Shown here: piece by piece, positions 18,854-27,976 of the stretch
Layout of the letters: every line of letters starts with the position of its first letter
Numbering within the stretch: the stretch's first letter is position 1
From: an uncultured Phascolarctobacterium sp.
GTDB taxonomy: Bacteria; Bacillota; Negativicutes; Acidaminococcales; Acidaminococcaceae
DNA: 64,000 bases
Assembly (NCBI GenBank): GCA_900757795.1
Contig: CAAEPE010000045.1
Span: 33,062-97,061, forward strand
Direction of reading: 5' to 3'
Translations under genes and position numbers: made by a program
Notes under the pieces: model-generated
What the model saw: only the letters and a program-made list of their open reading frames with translations
Told to the model about the DNA's origin: nothing
The model's database searches: none

Positions 18854-20182
18854 CTATTTGAATAATTTTGGTGTAAGGATTATTTCATCTGGAGGAATTT
18901 CTTTCATATGCATTACTTCCATAAGCTTCTGCATATCAGTGTCGCCACGCTTAATTTCCTCTTTGAGCAATTCATAAGGGCTTTTGCCGCCAAAGATTTC
19001 GCGCTTCACACTGTTAATATGGTTCATTAAAAGGGTTATGTCTTCGTTTGTGAACGGCCCAAGGCTGGTTCCCTTAGGAATAGCATACCTAATGAACTCA
19101 TGATTCTTCTCAGCACAACCTTTTTGCCAACTTGCCATCGGATCGCAATAATACACTTTAGTACGAATCTCATCGTTTTGCGTATATTCAAGATTTACGT
19201 TATCCTTGAATTCACCGCCATTATCAGTAAGAAAGATTCTAAATACATTTCTAAAGCAGGCAAGGCCCAATTCATGCTCCAGATATCGGAAAATATTAAC
19301 AACAGAAGATGCCTTACCATCTGACAGTAAAAATAGCAACATGAGATTATTACGCCTAAAAGTCATGGTGAGAAGACGCTTTCTAGAACCTTTTGTGCCT
19401 ATAACGGTATCCATTTCTACCACATAAGAGTCATCATCAAACTCTAAAAGGTATTCTTTAAAATCACTGTATTTGCGTCCAATAAGGTAAGCCTGGACGG
19501 CATAACCAGAAAGATCCTTTTTTCTAGGCTTTCTTCTCTGTTTGTATCCAACTTTACGTCTTAGATCGATGTTTTTTACAGAGAAAAATCCTTTTTCAAT
19601 ATAGTTATATATGGTTCTAATAGATACAGGTATTTCATACTTATGTTGGGCCATAATATGAATCAAGGGTTGGCCTTTATTAATTAATGGAGAAATAAGC
19701 TTATCGAGTCGCTTAATATCTTTTTCGGATAAGCGAGTTGCATTTCTTGTTCTAGAACGATTATATTTGCTTATTTTATCGGCCTCAACCGCTGAATAGA
19801 AGTATTTGTTTTTAATACATCTATCCTTAGCTCTACAATTATTGCATACATATGGAGGTTTTGTCAGTTCCAAACACTCAATTGCGAGATACTTTTTGCA
19901 TCTAGAGTGACAAAAACCAGGATAGTCCATCTTTTTGCAGCTACGACAAAGATAATTACAGCGCATATCTCCACAAACATGCTGAAGAGTGCATTCCGAA
20001 ACGTGAATACAGTCATTACCAAACTTATACTGAGTAGAATGGTCTTCTCTGTTTCTCAGAATTTCTCTTGAGATTGTAGCTTTGTCTCGTGATATAGATC
20101 TGGCTATTGAGCTGAGAGAGTAGCCCTTAATTATGCCACTTTCAATTGCTAACCTATCACTAAAATTCAAAGGTGCAGCCAT
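18854..20182 (-). CDS. IS30-family DDE transposase
   Basis: N-terminal HTH, then the IS30 catalytic signature: EMDTV (D1), LTDNGGEF (D2), CDPMASWQKGCAEKNHEFIRYAIPKGTSL (E region). Confidence 0.85.
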   Translation of the reverse strand: MAAPLNFSDRLAIESGIIKGYSLSSIARSISRDKATISREILRNREDHSTQYKFGNDCIHVSECTLQHVCGDMRCNYLCRSCKKMDYPGFCHSRCKKYLAIECLELTKPPYVCNNCRAKDRCIKNKYFYSAVEADKISKYNRSRTRNATRLSEKDIKRLDKLISPLINKGQPLIHIMAQHKYEIPVSIRTIYNYIEKGFFSVKNIDLRRKVGYKQRRKPRKKDLSGYAVQAYLIGRKYSDFKEYLLEFDDDSYVVEMDTVIGTKGSRKRLLTMTFRRNNLMLLFLLSDGKASSVVNIFRYLEHELGLACFRNVFRIFLTDNGGEFKDNVNLEYTQNDEIRTKVYYCDPMASWQKGCAEKNHEFIRYAIPKGTSLGPFTNEDITLLMNHINSVKREIFGGKSPYELLKEEIKRGDTDMQKLMEVMHMKEIPPDEIILTPKLFK

Positions 20183-20305
20183 GTTACTCCTTTCTAACAG
20201 CCCGTTTATATAGTCTAAAAACGGTTTTAAGCTGTCAATCTAATCGTAACATTGGCATTGCAATTTAATCAAAGCAAAGTAGGTGGTAATTTAAAAATGA
20301 CCGCA

Positions 20306-20815
20306 CTAATAGAATGGTTGCAAATAATTGTAAAGTAGCTTTAGCAACACTTGCAACCAGTTATAATGAAGCTCTTCTCTAAAATTGAGTAATAAGCTAT
20401 TAGATAGCACGAGCTTGAGGATGTTATCTGGGATAAGAGACCAGCGTGTGCGTATTGTAACCAATAAAAGCCTCTGAATATCATATAGCCATGACTTCCA
20501 TCGTTTAATAGAATCAGTAGAAGGGTAATCCTCAGATTCCGTATCAAAAGGGGTTACAATACCTTCTAGAGCACCTTCTATAACCTCAGTGGCATACTGT
20601 TTATAAGGCGATAAGCAATCAGGAAGCTCGTTATGAAGTATATGGCAGCAAGGACAGAAAAGTCTCCTTATCCTTAAAACCTTAATCAGGCCGCCTTCAA
20701 GCTTCATATTGCGTGTTCTGTAATCATAATGCTTAAGGACACAGCCGCAAATAGGACACACTGGCTCAGGCTCATTACTCTTGCAGAAAAACACCAAGGT
20801 ATTTATTGAAGACAA
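20306..20815 (-). CDS. Four-cysteine zinc-ribbon protein (DUF6431-like) co-oriented with the transposase
   Basis: CPICGC...CPCC motif. Immediately upstream of, and in the same orientation as, the IS30 transposase. Low GC. Confidence 0.55.
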   Translation of the reverse strand: MSSINTLVFFCKSNEPEPVCPICGCVLKHYDYRTRNMKLEGGLIKVLRIRRLFCPCCHILHNELPDCLSPYKQYATEVIEGALEGIVTPFDTESEDYPSTDSIKRWKSWLYDIQRLLLVTIRTRWSLIPDNILKLVLSNSLLLNFREELHYNWLQVLLKLLYNYLQPFY

Positions 20816-21200
20816 GAGTGTAATTTGATATAATTAACATGGTGATACACCACTAGATCTCAGAGAAGAGAATCCGCCAAGAAACGCTGCTCTGAGATCT
20901 TCCTTTCATTAAAGTAGATTAAATTTATTATAAAGTAAGTTAGAAGAACTCGTCAACGAAATAGCAATAGATGGTATTAAAATAAAACAAATATGATACA
21001 GAAATTACAGTAATCCTTTTTGCAGAAGTGGTTTCAACCGATGTGAAGAGGTAAATGCAACCACTTTTGGGAAAAGGGTTGCAACTATCAATTCATTTAA
21101 TATTCATTTAATAGTGTGATTGCTTATAGTCAATAAATTTTGCTTGTTGTAGGCAGAAGAAATTTAACATAATATATATTATCGGACGTAAATTGTACAG

Positions 21201-21240
21201 CAACAAGAAAGCACAGCTACACTCTATTTTGTAGCTGTGC
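21201..21240 (-). terminator. Terminator downstream of the flavodoxin/ferredoxin gene
   Basis: 10-bp stem GCACAGCTAC/GTAGCTGTGC followed on the minus strand by TTTCTTGTT. Confidence 0.5.
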
Positions 21241-21289
21241 TTTTGTGCTAATATGCGGCAGCGAGTAAAATCGTTGCTTTTTCTTTTTC

Positions 21290-22069
21290 TTACGCTTCTA
21301 AATAAAATGCTTGCGCTTGTCTTGCTTCCTTACACTTTATTTCAAAGCCAGCTTGCGCTTGTTTGTACATTGGCTCATAATAATTTCTTGCATTAACAGG
21401 ACATATGCTGATACATGCGCCGCAGGATATACAAAGCTCGTTATTCGTTAGCTTAGGATTATCCATTGTAATAGCTTGCGCAGGGCATACGTTTACACAT
21501 TGCATGCAGCCAATACAGCTTTCATCGCCCTGTGGATGAAATGGCACACCTTTAAAAGCTAAGGGATCAAAATTTTTATCACCGGGTACAGTTAGTTTTC
21601 CATTGGCAATCAAATCATTGTTCGCTAAGATGTCTTTACATTGTAAAGCGAATTTTTCCATAGCAACATAATCCTCTTCATTAGGTCTGCCTGCTGCAAC
21701 GGTTGGGAAAATGGAATGTTCTGCTAAGAACGTGCCTGCTGCTATAACCTTAAAGCCTTGTTTTTCCAGCAAATCTTGCATTTGTATCAAAGCATTATCA
21801 AAATGACGATTGCCGTAAACAGCTTGGATAATGGCTGGAGTATTCTGTCCGTGCAATTTTTGGATTGGCTCTAAGCATATTTGCGGAATATAACCACCGT
21901 ACACTGGCATGGAAAAAAGCAAAACATCCTGCGTTAGCATATCAACGCTTACTCGCTCCTCTATGCTAAGCCAATTAAATGTTTTTATTTCCTTAGAAAT
22001 TTTCTGTACTACAAAATCCGCACATTTTTTCGTAGTTCCTTTAGCGCTAAAATAGATATTATATAACAT
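21290..22069 (-). CDS. Flavodoxin-like domain fused to a 2x[4Fe-4S] ferredoxin domain
   Basis: N-terminal flavodoxin fold (YFSAKGTTKK) and two CxxCxxCxxxCP motifs (CIGCMQCVNVCP, CISCGACISICP). The likely start is ATG 22069; the ORF track starts at TTG 22090. Confidence 0.7.
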   Translation of the reverse strand: MLYNIYFSAKGTTKKCADFVVQKISKEIKTFNWLSIEERVSVDMLTQDVLLFSMPVYGGYIPQICLEPIQKLHGQNTPAIIQAVYGNRHFDNALIQMQDLLEKQGFKVIAAGTFLAEHSIFPTVAAGRPNEEDYVAMEKFALQCKDILANNDLIANGKLTVPGDKNFDPLAFKGVPFHPQGDESCIGCMQCVNVCPAQAITMDNPKLTNNELCISCGACISICPVNARNYYEPMYKQAQAGFEIKCKEARQAQAFYLEA

Positions 22070-22253
22070 TATTATTACCGCCTTTCGCAAAATTTGCTTT
22101 GTAGAGTTCTAATTAAGCAATTGTTTTATAATAAAATTCGCTGTTTTTTTCTATTTTCCTGCTAACTAAATAGATTATGATAGATGTACATTTTATTTTA
22201 ACTTTTGAAACAAAAATAAATCAAAAACAATTATATAATTTACGCACTAATGT

Positions 22254-22282
22254 TTGACTAAATAGCTTATATTTGCTATAAT
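22254..22282 (+). promoter_or_regulatory. Sigma-70-type promoter for lexA
   Basis: TTGACT, 17-nt spacer, TATAAT, about 40 nt upstream of the lexA start. Confidence 0.55.
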
Positions 22283-22323
22283 TGTTTTAAAGAAACCCTA
22301 AACATTTGATTGGAGGCAGAATT

Positions 22324-22989
22324 ATGGGCAGAAGGAAGGCATTGCCGAAAGATTTTAATGGTATTTATACTGAAGATATGTTGTCTGAACGTCAGCGTGA
22401 TATTTTAAAATTTGTACGTGATTTTATTAATGAAAAAGGCTATCCCCCAGCTGTGCGTGAAATAGGCGTTGCTGTGGGTCTGTCTTCTAGCGCAAGTGTA
22501 CATAATCATTTAAAAAGATTACAGGAATGCGGCTTTATTCAGCGTGATGCAGCTAAGCCTCGCGCTTTAGAATTGATGAGTGAAAGCGATGCTTGGAGAA
22601 ATAAGCTGCTCGTTCCCGTACCATTTGTTGGCAAGGTAACTGCTGGCATTCCCATTTTAGCAGTAGAAAATATTGAAGAAACCTATCCTATTCCTCGTGA
22701 TTTGATTGGTTGTGACGAAGATGTATTTATGCTTTCAGTTTGCGGAGACAGTATGATTAACGCTGGTATTCTCGATCATGACTATATTATCGCGCGTAAA
22801 CAAAATTTTGCTAATAACGGTGATATTGTAGTTGCATTAATTGATGGAGAAGAAACAACTGTTAAACGTTATTTCCGAGAGCTGCGTTCTGTTCGTTTGC
22901 AGCCTGAAAATGATAAATATGAACCTATTATTGGTTCTGATAATATTAAGGTTTTAGGTAAAGTAATCTCTGTATTCCGCATGCTTTAA
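22324..22989 (+). CDS. lexA: LexA repressor
   Basis: N-terminal winged HTH. C-terminal S24 peptidase motifs with catalytic Ser (CGDSM) and Lys (VKRY). GGAGG RBS 7 nt before ATG 22324. Confidence 0.85.
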   Translation: MGRRKALPKDFNGIYTEDMLSERQRDILKFVRDFINEKGYPPAVREIGVAVGLSSSASVHNHLKRLQECGFIQRDAAKPRALELMSESDAWRNKLLVPVPFVGKVTAGIPILAVENIEETYPIPRDLIGCDEDVFMLSVCGDSMINAGILDHDYIIARKQNFANNGDIVVALIDGEETTVKRYFRELRSVRLQPENDKYEPIIGSDNIKVLGKVISVFRML

Positions 22990-23058
22990 ACCTAAATGCA
23001 TTTATTTGACACTGATATAATATTAAACTGACGTCAAATTAATGTTGCTTATTTAAAA

Positions 23059-23095
23059 AACAGCTCTGCTTTAAGAGCTGTTTTCTCGTTTTTGA
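23059..23095 (+). terminator. Terminator after lexA
   Basis: Stem AACAGCTCT/AGAGCTGTT followed by TTCTCGTTTTT. Confidence 0.55.
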
Positions 23096-23139
23096 GTTTT
23101 AAAGCTAAGTTAAATGGATTTTTTTAAGGAGATCTTGTT

Positions 23140-24090
23140 ATGCTTCACCCTTCTACTGATATTATTCTCAACGCCAATAGCTTTTATGCGGCTGAGCCAA
23201 AAACAAAAAATTTAAAGTGTTTGCTGCGTGCGGTATTTAATTTACTTAGCGAAGGTGCCAGTGTATCTATACCTATTTCGCTTACTCAACAGGAACAAGG
23301 ACAGCTTGCTTTAGTAACGCATACTGCATCTGATAAGCTTGTATATGTAGCAGCCTTTTCTAGTGCAGAAGTTATAAATGAAAATAAGCCTGACAATTTG
23401 CAATATGGTATTATTGAACGTCCTTTAGTAAATTATTTTGAAGCTATTTTACAAATGGAAGGAATCGCTGGTATTGTTTTCAATCCTACCTCCCCTTTTC
23501 CTTTCACAATGAAAAAGCAAATTATTAAGGAGCTGCTTGCTCAGCTAGCCAAACAACCGCTTAAAAACAGCCTTTCTGTTTTGCGCTGTGACATTACCAC
23601 TCTTGAGAGTGATGCAATTGTTAATGCTGCCAATGCTTCTCTTTTAGGAGGAGGCGGAGTTGACGGCGCAATTCATAAAGCTGCCGGTTTTAAGCTGCTT
23701 GAAGAATGTAAATTGCTCCACGGCTGTGCTACCAGCGAGGCTAAAATAACTTTTGGTTATGATTTGCCTGCTACTTATATTATTCATACCGTCGGACCTA
23801 TTTATAATGGCAAAGTAAGCCAGCGCGTAGAATTAGCTGACTGTTACCGAAATAGTCTTAATTTAGCCAAGAAATATCATTTACACAGTATTGCTTTTGC
23901 GGCTATTTCTACTGGTGTTTATGGTTATCCAGTTGATGAAGCTTGTCGCATTGCCTTATTAACTGTCACAGAATGGCTTAACGCTAATCCTGATTACGGC
24001 ATGGAGGTTATTATGGTTTGTTTCAATAGCGCAGTCTACAATGCTTACACAAATATTGTCGAAGCTGCCAAATGCGGCGAATTAGAATAA
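23140..24090 (+). CDS. Macro-domain (ADP-ribose-binding/processing) protein with an about 140-aa N-terminal extension of unknown function
   Basis: C-terminal macro signature (AIVNAANASLLGGGGVDGAIHKAAG, IAFAAISTGVYGYP). The N-terminal domain is not a macro fold. AAGGAG RBS. Confidence 0.75.
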   Translation: MLHPSTDIILNANSFYAAEPKTKNLKCLLRAVFNLLSEGASVSIPISLTQQEQGQLALVTHTASDKLVYVAAFSSAEVINENKPDNLQYGIIERPLVNYFEAILQMEGIAGIVFNPTSPFPFTMKKQIIKELLAQLAKQPLKNSLSVLRCDITTLESDAIVNAANASLLGGGGVDGAIHKAAGFKLLEECKLLHGCATSEAKITFGYDLPATYIIHTVGPIYNGKVSQRVELADCYRNSLNLAKKYHLHSIAFAAISTGVYGYPVDEACRIALLTVTEWLNANPDYGMEVIMVCFNSAVYNAYTNIVEAAKCGELE

Positions 24091-24091
24091 A

Positions 24092-24150
24092 AAGAAAACC
24101 GGTGCTGCCAGTTTTAAAGCTCGTAGCATCGGTTTTTCTTTTTATTTTTT
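24092..24150. terminator. Bidirectional terminator between the macro-domain gene and the M16 peptidase gene
   Basis: Stem AACCGGTGCT/AGCATCGGTT (1 mismatch) with T-runs on both strands. Confidence 0.5.
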
Positions 24151-27070
24151 ACGCATTGATAATAGTGTTAAATTTTTCTTTATTGGCTTCAATAGGCTGC
24201 TTGCCGCCAACTACACAGATTAGTCCAGCGCTAAGCATATCCTCTACTACCTTGCCTAAAGCCTGCAAATCGGCATTAGTAACGTCTAAAACCTCGTTAC
24301 GAATACGCTGACGAGTAGCTTCCGGTAATTTTTTGATATATTGCATAGCAACCTGAGCAATACGCATTGTATTGGTTAAAGGCGTATCCATGCCGCTAAT
24401 GGTGCCGATAACATATTTATCTAATTCTCTTGCGGGAAATTCTACAGTTTTCAGCCAGGCAGGCAATGCCTCATATGCAGCCAGCGTTTTACTTAGCTGC
24501 GGATCGCGGTAGGAAGCAAATACACCCAAGCCATTAAGCTCAAAACGTGCTGTAGCGCCGTAAGCTCCGCCTTGAATACGAATTTTAGTCCATAAATATT
24601 CGTAGCGTAAGATAGTTTCTAAAACGCGCATTGCACCTACATATTTATGACCAGTTGTAGCAAAATTACCTCCTGCGGCAACGTACTGCACTTTTCCTGC
24701 TGTTGTTATACCTTCATTACAGCCAGAAACCGGTATTTCGGCAGGCGCAGCGGCTATATCAGCATGAGGAAGTTTTTGGACAAAGTCCAAGCATTGTTCC
24801 TTAACCAATTCTTTATCTTCTTTATCACAGGAGTAAACAAGGATAAATTTGCTCTGCTGGAAGAAAATTTGCATAAGCTTTTGCAGTTCGCTTAATACCT
24901 TTGTGCCTTCATCTGCAAAGTTTTCATAAAGCTTTTTCAAAAACTGGTAATAGCTTAACTGATCCTGTTCGTTAGCGCGAGCGCCTTTGGCGCAATAGGA
25001 ATAAAGACGAGAAATAGCTATAGTTTGACCGCGATTGAAGAATTCGTCATCCCAATCGGTTTTGATTTCCGAAACTAGCTCTTGGAAACGTTTTACATCA
25101 GTTAAAATAGATTCTAAACCAATGGTTTGGAGCAAATCAAATACATGAGGTAAATTTTCTAGCAATGCTTTAGCTTTAACAGAAAAATATAAACGATAGT
25201 CGTCTGCATCTTCTGCGGCAGAAATAGCGCGTACTTCAAAAGTTATACCGCCGGTATACATGATACCGTAGGTTGAAAGCTCTTCATAAGTATAGCGTTG
25301 CGTGTTAAATTTACCTAAAATATCTGTCATTAAAAAACATAAGGGCATTTGTTCTGCTGTTACACCAGAGATATCGAAAAACCAGTGAGTATAGGCAATT
25401 TTATTAGTTTCTGCAGGAACGTAAATCAGACGCTGTTGTTCCGTTCCCTCTTCTATACTGTCAATTTGCTCTATCTCGCGGCGAATGTCGCTGCGTTTTA
25501 AAATAGGAATAGATGCTCTTGCTTCTTCACTGTCTGGCTCGGCCTGCAAACGGTGCAGTTCTGCACATTCAAAAATAGTTTGTTCTAGCTGCTCTTGGCT
25601 CATATTTGCTTTAATATCCGCCATTTTAGCAATGGTTTTGGCTTGGTCTGCTTCTTCCTTACCAGGCTGTGGCATTAAGGTAACGATAACCTTGTGTGTA
25701 TTGTCCAAGAGATAATTTTCGATAAGACTTTCGTAAAAATTGTTCTGTAAGCCTTTACGCATAGCTGCAATAGCATTTTTATAGCGCAAGCCGTCCAGTG
25801 GATTCCCGCCGTAAAGCCAATTATCCAGTATGCCTAAGCCATAAATTAATCCTTTTGGATAAGGACCGTAATCAGCCTCCCGCAGTTTAAATTCAGCAGC
25901 GTTCAGCGACGCTTCTAAAAGCTTTTTATCTAAGCCGTTGATTGTAAGCTCCTGCAAGGTTTTATAAATTACGCTGATAAATTTATCCCTGTACTCTTTT
26001 TGACTTCCCGAAACACGAATACTGAAAACAGGCTGCTGTAGACTGCCTACATAGCTGCCGCTGATATTTTGACCTACGCCTGCGTCGATTAACGCGCGGC
26101 GCAAGGGTGAAGATTCGCTTTCCAGCAATACGTTTTCCAAAAGGCGCAAAGACATACTTGTTAAAGTATCCGTAGCCTTACCAGTAACAATGGAAAGTTC
26201 GTGATAGGTTTTGCTCTTTAAATCATCATTTTTGTCTACAGGATAAAATGCTTCTATTTCTTTTGTGCGCAACAAAGGCTCTTGCAGGGGAATTTCGCTG
26301 TGGACATTACCTGTTTTAGCAAAATGAGATAAATATTCTGCATCTAAATATGCCAAGGTAGATAAAATATCCATGTCGCCATAAAGGTAGATAAAAGAAT
26401 TTTCCGGACTGTAATAAGTTTTATGAAAATCCAAAAATTTTTCTTGAGTTAGTTCGGGAATAGAATCCGGATAGCCGCCTGATTCAAAGCGGTAGCAGGT
26501 ATCAGGGAATAGCGCTTTCATAGCTTCGTTTTCTAAAAAGGCGTCAGGAGAAGAATATACACCCTTCATTTCGTTATAAACTACGCCATTGTAGCTTAAT
26601 TCACCTTCAAGAGCTTCTAAATTGTAGTGCCACCCCTCTTGGTGCAAGGTATATTTATTTTCGTAAATCAAAGGATAAAAAACGGCATCCAGATAAACGT
26701 CCATAAGGTTATGAAAATCCTTATCATTGCGGCTGGCAACAGGATAAACGGTCTTATCAGGATAAGTCATAGCGTTCAAAAATGTATTAAGAGAACCCTT
26801 TACTAAATCTACAAAAGGCTCTTTTAAATGGTATTTACGGGAGCCGCAGAGAGATGAATGTTCTAAAATATGCGCTACGCCAGTATCGTCAGCAGGTGGC
26901 GTCCGAAAGGTAATCGAAAAAACCTTATTATCATCATCATTAGCCAAATATAATAAACGAGCGCCGCTATGAACATGCTCCATAATATAGCCTTGAGAAT
27001 GTATTTCTTCCACAAAGCTGGACTCCAATACCTTGAAGCCATGATAAATTTTATCTATTTCTAAACTCAT
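24149..27070 (-). CDS. M16-family (insulinase/PreP-like, M16C) zinc metallopeptidase
   Basis: 973 aa. Inverted zinc motif HILEH near the N-terminus and a two-lobed, four-domain length typical of M16C. Confidence 0.8.
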   Translation of the reverse strand: MSLEIDKIYHGFKVLESSFVEEIHSQGYIMEHVHSGARLLYLANDDDNKVFSITFRTPPADDTGVAHILEHSSLCGSRKYHLKEPFVDLVKGSLNTFLNAMTYPDKTVYPVASRNDKDFHNLMDVYLDAVFYPLIYENKYTLHQEGWHYNLEALEGELSYNGVVYNEMKGVYSSPDAFLENEAMKALFPDTCYRFESGGYPDSIPELTQEKFLDFHKTYYSPENSFIYLYGDMDILSTLAYLDAEYLSHFAKTGNVHSEIPLQEPLLRTKEIEAFYPVDKNDDLKSKTYHELSIVTGKATDTLTSMSLRLLENVLLESESSPLRRALIDAGVGQNISGSYVGSLQQPVFSIRVSGSQKEYRDKFISVIYKTLQELTINGLDKKLLEASLNAAEFKLREADYGPYPKGLIYGLGILDNWLYGGNPLDGLRYKNAIAAMRKGLQNNFYESLIENYLLDNTHKVIVTLMPQPGKEEADQAKTIAKMADIKANMSQEQLEQTIFECAELHRLQAEPDSEEARASIPILKRSDIRREIEQIDSIEEGTEQQRLIYVPAETNKIAYTHWFFDISGVTAEQMPLCFLMTDILGKFNTQRYTYEELSTYGIMYTGGITFEVRAISAAEDADDYRLYFSVKAKALLENLPHVFDLLQTIGLESILTDVKRFQELVSEIKTDWDDEFFNRGQTIAISRLYSYCAKGARANEQDQLSYYQFLKKLYENFADEGTKVLSELQKLMQIFFQQSKFILVYSCDKEDKELVKEQCLDFVQKLPHADIAAAPAEIPVSGCNEGITTAGKVQYVAAGGNFATTGHKYVGAMRVLETILRYEYLWTKIRIQGGAYGATARFELNGLGVFASYRDPQLSKTLAAYEALPAWLKTVEFPARELDKYVIGTISGMDTPLTNTMRIAQVAMQYIKKLPEATRQRIRNEVLDVTNADLQALGKVVEDMLSAGLICVVGGKQPIEANKEKFNTIINA

Positions 27071-27180
27071 AGTAACCTCCTACAATTAACGCGATATAAT
27101 AATTATAGCATAAATCCTCTGCTAATGTATAAAAAGTCTGCAAATTATCAGTATTCTTTGACAGACAAAGTCAGCGACAC

Positions 27181-27209
27181 TTGCATAAATTAAGGTTTTT
27201 TTCTATAAT
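27181..27209 (+). promoter_or_regulatory. Sigma-70-type promoter for the RHH gene
   Basis: TTGCAT, 17-nt spacer, TATAAT, 28 nt upstream of ATG 27238. Confidence 0.5.
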
Positions 27210-27237
27210 ATTATTAGTAGAAATTGGAGGGATTTTG

Positions 27238-27483
27238 ATGGAAGAAGCACGTTTTACTCTGCGGGTACATCCGATAATTATGAATAAACTTAAACATATA
27301 GCTAAAAATAACGGTCGTTCTGTCAACAAAGAGATTGAACAGATTTTAAAATGGGTTATTGATGATTATGAGCGCAAATGCGGACGCATTGTTTTAGCGG
27401 AAGAAGAAATGCCTAAAAGTCATGTGCAGCTTAAGCCTGCGCCCAAAAGCCCTATGGATATGCTTTTTAAATTGGACAAATAA
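27238..27483 (+). CDS. Small Arc/MetJ-type ribbon-helix-helix DNA-binding protein (orphan)
   Basis: 81 aa. N-terminal beta-strand region (RFTLRVHPIIMNKLKHIAKNNGRSVNKEIEQIL) typical of RHH. GGAGGG RBS. The ORF track starts at 27181. Confidence 0.55.
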   Translation: MEEARFTLRVHPIIMNKLKHIAKNNGRSVNKEIEQILKWVIDDYERKCGRIVLAEEEMPKSHVQLKPAPKSPMDMLFKLDK

Positions 27484-27496
27484 TTTACTGAAAATA

Positions 27497-27538
27497 AAAC
27501 TCCACCTGCTTAATGATATGCAGATGGAGTTTTTACTT
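27497..27538 (+). terminator. Terminator after the RHH gene
   Basis: Stem CTCCACCTGC/GCAGATGGAG followed by TTTTACTT. Confidence 0.5.
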
Positions 27539-27547
27539 GTTATAATA

Positions 27548-27587
27548 CAATAATAAAAAGCAGGCTTTTAAAATGAAAAACCTGCTT
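27548..27587 (-). terminator. Terminator of the tRNA operon
   Basis: Stem AAGCAGG/CCTGCTT immediately 3' of tRNA-Arg on the minus strand, followed by TTTTATTATT. Confidence 0.5.
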
Positions 27588-27594
27588 GCTTTCG

Positions 27595-27671
<77 letters not shown>

Positions 27672-27680
27672 ATATTTAAT

Positions 27681-27754
27681 TGGAGCGGGCGATGGGAATC
27701 GAACCCACAACATCAGCTTGGAAGGCTGAGGTTTTACCACTAAACTACACCCGC
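27681..27754 (-). tRNA. tRNA-Gly (anticodon TCC), CCA encoded
   Basis: Acceptor GCGGGTG/CGCCCGC, anticodon stem TCAGC/GCTGA, loop CTTCCAA, T-loop TTCGATT, 3' CCA. Confidence 0.9.
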
Positions 27755-27758
27755 ATTT

Positions 27759-27835
27759 TGGTCGGAGTGGCAGGATTCGAACCTGCGACACCCTGCTCCC
27801 AAGGCAGGTGCGCTACCAAACTGCGCTACACCCCG
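27759..27835 (-). tRNA. tRNA-Pro (anticodon TGG), CCA encoded
   Basis: Acceptor CGGGGTG/CACTCCG, anticodon stem CCTGC/GCAGG, loop CTTGGGA, T-loop TTCGAAT, 3' CCA. Confidence 0.9.
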
Positions 27836-27847
27836 AACACAAGAAGC

Positions 27848-27876
27848 ATTATAGCATAGAGAGTATTAAAAGTCAA
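27848..27876 (-). promoter_or_regulatory. Consensus sigma-70 promoter driving the tRNA operon
   Basis: On the minus strand: TTGACT, 17-nt spacer, TATAAT, 9 nt upstream of the tRNA-Pro 5' end. Confidence 0.65.
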
Positions 27877-27921
27877 GACTTACGTTGCTCTCTATCTTTT
27901 TATTCTTCACATATCTGTACT

Positions 27922-27963
27922 GTTATATACAAAAAGCAGATAAGCCATTAACTTATCTGCTTT
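27922..27963 (-). terminator. Terminator after the NlpC/P60 gene
   Basis: 12-bp stem AAAGCAGATAAG/CTTATCTGCTTT followed on the minus strand by TTTTGTATAT. Confidence 0.6.
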
Positions 27964-27976
27964 AATTTCTTGATAA

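Larger units (their letters stand above)
18797..20935 (-). mobile_element. IS30-family insertion sequence carrying a transposase plus an upstream zinc-ribbon companion gene; boundaries are approximate
   Basis: Contains the IS30 transposase and the zinc-ribbon ORF. Candidate AT-rich imperfect IRs, AAATAATAAATgtcaac at about 18797 and its near-reverse-complement at about 20917. Lower GC than the flanks. Confidence 0.5.

Noticed and set aside
18648-18977. 109-aa ORF spanning the GC-rich structured segment and the transposase 3' end
   Set aside because: It runs antisense into the transposase gene and has no start context. The stem-loops suggest the region is more plausibly a structured RNA or IS end than coding.
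18480-21126. Exact 13-nt direct repeat AGTGTGATTGCTT at 18480-18492 and 21114-21126, bracketing the IS30-family element about 2.6 kb apart
   Set aside because: IS30-family elements make 2-3 bp target duplications, not 13 bp. Several exact 13-mers are expected by chance in 64 kb of AT-biased sequence on both strands. No inverted-repeat relationship was found adjacent to the two copies.
22091-22323. Canonical Firmicutes LexA (Cheo) box GAAC-N4-GTTC upstream of lexA
   Set aside because: No such motif or close variant is found on either strand in the intergenic region. This is reported as a finding (non-canonical operator) rather than annotated as a site.
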